This document shows, in pieces, positions 37,098 through 41,454 of a stretch of 41,454 bases of DNA. This stretch comes from a virus (taxonomy: Duplodnaviria > Caudoviricetes), in IMG/VR virus record IMGVR_UViG_3300033407_000049, positions 1 through 41,454 of that record; one strand, written 5' to 3'. The translations under genes were made by a program, and so were the position numbers. The notes under the pieces are model-generated. The model did not search any database, was not told the origin of the DNA, and saw only the letters and a list, made by a program, of their open reading frames with translations. Numbering within the stretch: position 1 is the stretch's first letter; every line of letters starts with the position of its first letter.

Positions 37098-37556
37098 TTA
37101 ACCGATCGGCGGGATCGGGGTAATTTCCTGGGGAATGAAATTAAACCCAAGGCCAGCCGGAATACAGTCGTCCGTCTTGGTCAGCTCGGTCACCGTCTGC
37201 TGCCGAATCAACCCGATCTGGGCGTTGATCTGGTGAACCTGCTGCTCGTTCAGCAAAAACTGGGTCGCCGTTTGCAGGACAGCCGACAGCGCCCCCAGAT
37301 ACACCGTGCTGTACTCGTGCCCGGTAATCCGTTGGGACTGGAACTCTTCCTGGAGATGGAGTTTGACTGTCTTCATCAATTGATCAAAGACGCCAGAACC
37401 GTCCAACTCGGTGGTTGTTAGCGTCTTGAGAGGTGTAGCCAGGACTTTCTTGTCCGTGCTGCCTACGCCGTTCTCCTGATTGGTCAAATCCAGGGTGGTG
37501 GGTTTCCAGCCACTGGGACTGAGATCTACTGCCTGCAAACGTATCGACATAACCAT
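37098..37556 (-). CDS. structural protein, N-terminal part of N4 gp54-like
   Basis: LTT…GSGVFDQLMKTVKLHLQEEFQSQRITGHEYSTVY…QFLL motif. Confidence 0.75.
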   Translation of the reverse strand: MVMSIRLQAVDLSPSGWKPTTLDLTNQENGVGSTDKKVLATPLKTLTTTELDGSGVFDQLMKTVKLHLQEEFQSQRITGHEYSTVYLGALSAVLQTATQFLLNEQQVHQINAQIGLIRQQTVTELTKTDDCIPAGLGFNFIPQEITPIPPIG

Positions 37557-37573
37557 CCCTCTTTATGAAAGTA

Positions 37574-38221
37574 TTACTGGCCCTGGGCCATCAGTTGTCG
37601 CTGCTTCAGAGCATCCAGTTCTTCCGGAGTCAGTGGCGGCATGATCTCGATGGAATACTCGGGGACCAATTTGTGGCGCTTGATCCGTTTGTTGCCGATC
37701 TTCACTTCGTAGAAGGTCATGAACTTTTTATTCTGCAGCACCTTGAGCAGAATCTGGGGAATGTGCCAGCCATGCTCGGCATTAAAGGGAACAAACTTTT
37801 TGATCATACCCAGTTCGGAGTTACCGCTGGAAACCAGTTCACCCTTCAAATTGCTGCTGGTGGGGTTCATACTGACTACCCGGACCCGAACCAACTGCAG
37901 AGCTTTATCCCGGCGCGCCATCTTCTGTTGCAGCGGAGTCGGTGCTGCCTTGGGTGCAACCTGCTTGCCGGCTGCTGTTACCTCAGCGGCAATTATGGAA
38001 TCATACTCTTCTCCGGCATACTCGCTATTGGGATCTGCTTCAACCGGCGGGGAGAGTTTCTCGGTAATTTTAGCTTTCAATTTATCCAGGCCGATATTGG
38101 GGCTGTACTTGATGCCCATCAACGTGGCGCGCTCTTTCAGCAACGCAAACTCATCAGGCTTTTCTTCGTAGATCTCGTCGGTGTTCTCGTCGTCGTACAG
38201 ATCGGTGTCATTCATATTCAT
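37574..38221 (-). CDS. N4 gp55-like conserved protein
   Basis: LKERATLMGIKYSPNIGLDKLKAKI; LVRVRVVSMNP; PPLTPEELDALKQRQ. Confidence 0.85.
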   Translation of the reverse strand: MNMNDTDLYDDENTDEIYEEKPDEFALLKERATLMGIKYSPNIGLDKLKAKITEKLSPPVEADPNSEYAGEEYDSIIAAEVTAAGKQVAPKAAPTPLQQKMARRDKALQLVRVRVVSMNPTSSNLKGELVSSGNSELGMIKKFVPFNAEHGWHIPQILLKVLQNKKFMTFYEVKIGNKRIKRHKLVPEYSIEIMPPLTPEELDALKQRQLMAQGQ

Positions 38222-38263
38222 GATGGTGCTCCTTGTCCTTATAAGTGTCGGACGACAGTAGGG

Positions 38264-38301
38264 TTTAAAAGAACTCCCCTACAATTTACTGTAGGGGAGT
38301 T
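38264..38301 (-). terminator. intrinsic terminator after the major capsid gene
   Basis: Perfect 12-bp stem AACTCCCCTACA (38272-38283) / TGTAGGGGAGTT (38290-38301), followed by CTTTT on the minus strand. Confidence 0.8.
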
Positions 38302-38333
38302 ACTGGTTAATACAGACCCAAAGGCCAAGTTGG

Positions 38334-39764
38334 TTATACCCGGGCGACAGTCTTCACTACTGCGATACGCTCGCTGCGCAATTTCATAAAGCCGTAGTAC
38401 CACTTGATCGACATGAATCCGGTTTCGCCGTAAGGATCGTTGGCGTAGGATTCCGGTGATTCGGGCTTGGCGTGCTTGATGTTGAATTTGACCGAGTTGC
38501 CGCTGGTCTGGAAACCGATGGTGGTGAACGAAGCATCTCCAACCACCAGCATCGGAAAGACGTCGTACTTACCATTGGTCACGCGGTAACCGGCATTAGT
38601 GCCTTCCGCCGCACCAGCCCCGGCATAGTGCATCATCTCGGGGACCACGATCAAACGGAACTGGCCAACAGTACCAATCTCACCATTGATCGGCGAACCG
38701 GCATCCGCATAATGGGCTACCGAAATGAACGCCTGATTACCGAAATAATCTTCCATACGTTCCACGGTCTGGGTCAGTTCGGAACCAATGAACATTGCCC
38801 GCCCGGCGCGCAGTACCCGGGTATCCACCATACGGGAACCGGAAATAACCTTGGTGGTTTTCGGACAGCGGTTGTTGTCGAGTTCAACGGACAAACGAGC
38901 GAAGTCGCCGTAGGTGACTTCGGTAACCGCACCGGTGGCACCCGTCAGTTCCGCGTCTTCAGTGGCAGCACCGGAGAAATAGACGACGCCGGCTGCGTTC
39001 AACAGGTCGATCTGCAGCAGATCCTCGGTGATCTCGTTGGCGCCGAAGATCATCTCGCGGTTGATGTGCATTTCGAGTTCAGCATCAGAATCAAAGTCCA
39101 CAGATTCTTTGGTGTACTCGTCGAAGAAACCGTACTTCTCCAGGGTACCTTCCAGCTCGACGCGGGTAAAGCCCACCCGGTTAACCCGACCACCGGTTTC
39201 GGAGAGCACCGGCAGTTTACCAACGATGGTACCGACGTCCTTGCTGGAACCGTACAGGTTACCGTAACCAGGTAGCACAGTGGCACCCAGATTCAACGCC
39301 ACAGCGGTGTCTTTCTTGGTGGCATTGAGATACTTGGCAGTGAGCGGACCCACCAGGGTCAAGGTAGCAAAACCAGCACCGGCCGAATCATCAGCCCCGG
39401 CAGTCGCTACCAGGGTAGCACCGACGTTATCGTTGATTGCGGTGGCAGCAGCGGCCTTGGAAGCATTGGCCCGGGTCATGATACGAGCCGGCCAGGTGAT
39501 GAAGAACTCGGTGGTGGCGATGGTGATGCCGGAAGCATCAATACCCTGGTCATTGATGTTGGCCTCATCCAACATCGGAACATAGTGATAACGCTTGATT
39601 TTTTTCCCCATGTTCTTCGGCATGGCAGTGACGTCAGCCAGAGGACCGAAGTACATCTCTTTCTTGGCTTCGATCAGGGCCTGTTTAATAAAGTGGTCAA
39701 CAACAATCTGACCACCAATATCAGAGGGCGAACCTCCTGCGGGATCTGCATATTCTCTTGCCAT
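38334..39764 (-). CDS. major capsid protein (N4 gp56-like), 476 aa
   Basis: DQGIDASG, GNLYGSSKD, LSETGGRVNRVGFTR, DPYGETGFMSIKWYYG. Confidence 0.97.
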   Translation of the reverse strand: MAREYADPAGGSPSDIGGQIVVDHFIKQALIEAKKEMYFGPLADVTAMPKNMGKKIKRYHYVPMLDEANINDQGIDASGITIATTEFFITWPARIMTRANASKAAAATAINDNVGATLVATAGADDSAGAGFATLTLVGPLTAKYLNATKKDTAVALNLGATVLPGYGNLYGSSKDVGTIVGKLPVLSETGGRVNRVGFTRVELEGTLEKYGFFDEYTKESVDFDSDAELEMHINREMIFGANEITEDLLQIDLLNAAGVVYFSGAATEDAELTGATGAVTEVTYGDFARLSVELDNNRCPKTTKVISGSRMVDTRVLRAGRAMFIGSELTQTVERMEDYFGNQAFISVAHYADAGSPINGEIGTVGQFRLIVVPEMMHYAGAGAAEGTNAGYRVTNGKYDVFPMLVVGDASFTTIGFQTSGNSVKFNIKHAKPESPESYANDPYGETGFMSIKWYYGFMKLRSERIAVVKTVARV

Positions 39765-39789
39765 GGGTCGTATTCCTTATTTGTGGCCT

Positions 39790-40926
39790 TTACAGGCGCA
39801 GATTATTGAGTTTGGTAAACTCTTCATCCGACATATCCAGCGGATTATAATTCGTGTCTTTCTTCGACACCACCGGACCTTGCCGGGAAGGGCTGGCTGC
39901 TTTCTTCCGATTCTTACGGTCATCGTCCTGCGGCGTGCTTGGTGGGTTCTGGGGCTGTGGATCTTGGACGACTGGCGTTACCTGCTGTGGCGGCTTGACA
40001 GTGGCACCTTTGAACATATTGTTCTCGTGCATGTACGCGCCTACTCGCTGGTACGCTTCCAGTTCGCTGACTCCGACGAACTTACCCAAACTCCGTTCAT
40101 AAGCAACCGTGTTTACTACCTGATCGAAAATCCCGTTCTCCATGTGAGTGTTGATGACGCCGATGATCTGTGGATCATCGGATAGGGATTTACGACTGGC
40201 ATCGTCCCATTCATCACTCAGTACGCTAAGAGTACGTTCGTAGGAAGGTGAGCTACTGATTGTATTCAGTACTTCTTCCAGCATCATCTCTTTGTCGCTG
40301 ACTGAGCGTTTCGCAGGAACGTAATTCAGCTCTTCTTCCAGGTCAAGGGTCAGAGGATCTATCTTACTGTCTTTCAACAGTTGCTTGATCGCCTCGGGCT
40401 TCTTCTGACTCAGGTCGATAAGATAGTTCAATTTTTCGGGATCGAGTAGATCATTATTCTGCAATAACTTCAAGGTTTTTAAAGATGGCTTTAAACCCGT
40501 CATCTTCTTGTGGTAGTTGGCGCCCATCTGCATAAGCTGCAAAGCGTCATCCACCGACTTAACCTGCATGGTCGAACCATTGGCTTTAAACTCGGCCATA
40601 ACCTGCCGGCCGATATCCGCATACTGCGTATCGGTCAACCCTTCGGCCAGCTTAATTTCTTCCTCTTTTACTGGGGCCGGATCGGTAACCGTTTCCGGCG
40701 TTACCTCTTCAACAGATTTGTCTACTACCGGATCAACAACCGGAGAAACTTCTGCAACAACGGGATCAGAGGCGATCTCTTTATCCCCCGTATCACCTTC
40801 GTCGTCTTTTTCGTTATGATCGGTATCATCCACAGACGCAGGCGCATCAAAGAGCGGAAGCTGCTCTTTCATAAAGTCTTCGTCAGACATTTCCAGGGCA
40901 CTGGTATCCTTGATTGGATCAGCCAT
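39790..40926 (-). CDS. N4 gp57-like protein (often labelled tape measure; likely scaffold)
   Basis: MSDEDF at the N-terminus and PLDMSDEEF at the C-terminus; FKANG…LMQMGANYHKKM. Confidence 0.88.
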   Translation of the reverse strand: MADPIKDTSALEMSDEDFMKEQLPLFDAPASVDDTDHNEKDDEGDTGDKEIASDPVVAEVSPVVDPVVDKSVEEVTPETVTDPAPVKEEEIKLAEGLTDTQYADIGRQVMAEFKANGSTMQVKSVDDALQLMQMGANYHKKMTGLKPSLKTLKLLQNNDLLDPEKLNYLIDLSQKKPEAIKQLLKDSKIDPLTLDLEEELNYVPAKRSVSDKEMMLEEVLNTISSSPSYERTLSVLSDEWDDASRKSLSDDPQIIGVINTHMENGIFDQVVNTVAYERSLGKFVGVSELEAYQRVGAYMHENNMFKGATVKPPQQVTPVVQDPQPQNPPSTPQDDDRKNRKKAASPSRQGPVVSKKDTNYNPLDMSDEEFTKLNNLRL

Positions 40927-41269
40927 TAGAGAGATCCTCGCTCAACAGTTCTTCCCGGGTGGCTTCGTCCGCCTGCAGGGCTGCTTCAGCGTTGTGACCT
41001 TCGGCAATCACATTCACCAGGAACTGTTTAAAACCGCCGATCGCAATGATCTGCTGATCCAGCATCTTCTGCACATTCTCGGCCTGCATACCGGGATGGG
41101 CTTTCAACAGCACCTGACGGATGGCGTGCTGCTCCAGAAAGCCTTTCTCGATTAACTCCTTGAAGTCCGCATTCTGCTGCAGCCGGCGCATGGCGTCCTT
41201 GCGAGCCACCTTCTTCTTGGCGTCTTCGATCTGCAGGTCAATGGCTTCCAGGTCTTGGGCGTTGCTCAT
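40919..41269 (-). CDS. N4 gp58-like coiled-coil protein
   Basis: RLQQNADFKELIEKGFL; lies between portal and gp57. Confidence 0.82.
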   Translation of the reverse strand: MSNAQDLEAIDLQIEDAKKKVARKDAMRRLQQNADFKELIEKGFLEQHAIRQVLLKAHPGMQAENVQKMLDQQIIAIGGFKQFLVNVIAEGHNAEAALQADEATREELLSEDLSNG

Positions 41270-41315
41270 GGTGGTGCTCCTTTGTGTCCTCGTGCCCTAT
41301 TGTCGGGCAGAGCTA

Positions 41316-41454
41316 TTACAGGGCAGAATTGCCACTTTGTTTTTGCGCAGATTTAATACTTTCCAGTACCACCGCATTGGCATCCTTACGATCCTGGGCT
41401 TCCAAAGATCGTTGATGTTTCGTGCCGTCGGTTTCCTGGAGATAATCGAGATCT
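41316..41454 (-). CDS. portal protein (N4 gp59-like), C-terminal 45 aa (partial)
   Basis: Manual translation DLDYLQETDGTKHQRSLEAQDRK…NSAL* resembles the N4 portal C-terminal DLD..Q..GTKH.R motif; gene order. Confidence 0.75.
   Translation of the reverse strand, partial: DLDYLQETDGTKHQRSLEAQDRKDANAVVLESIKSAQKQSGNSAL

Overview
The window is an internal ~41.5 kb segment of an N4-like podovirus (Schitoviridae) genome. Family assignments come from motifs, sizes and gene order as I recall them for N4; no database search was run. The + strand left arm (1-11.4 kb) is the replication module: family A DNA polymerase, RusA-like resolvase, Cas4-like exonuclease, primase, AAA ATPase, SSB and small ORFs. 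A bidirectional terminator at ~11.4 kb separates it from the - strand late arm, which carries the portal 3' end, gp58/57/MCP/55/54/53/52/51 homologues, virion RNA polymerase (vRNAP), a lysis cassette and a tail-fibre module. The most unusual points are these. (1) The vRNAP appears split into 974-aa and 2544-aa genes with the lysis cassette between them; each half has a single Cys, located at the break. (2) vRNAP motif B has Phe in place of the conserved Tyr, equivalent to T7 RNAP Y639F. (3) A 2[4Fe-4S] ferredoxin is fused to a tail-tip-like domain inside the tail module. (4) The DNA polymerase is cut inside its proofreading domain by an intron-less HNH-AP2 endonuclease gene. (5) A group I intron interrupts the primase Walker A motif; its HNH gene has an RBS-sequestering hairpin with an internal sigma70-like promoter. 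(6) The gp54 homologue is also in two genes. No tRNA, rRNA or CRISPR array was seen.
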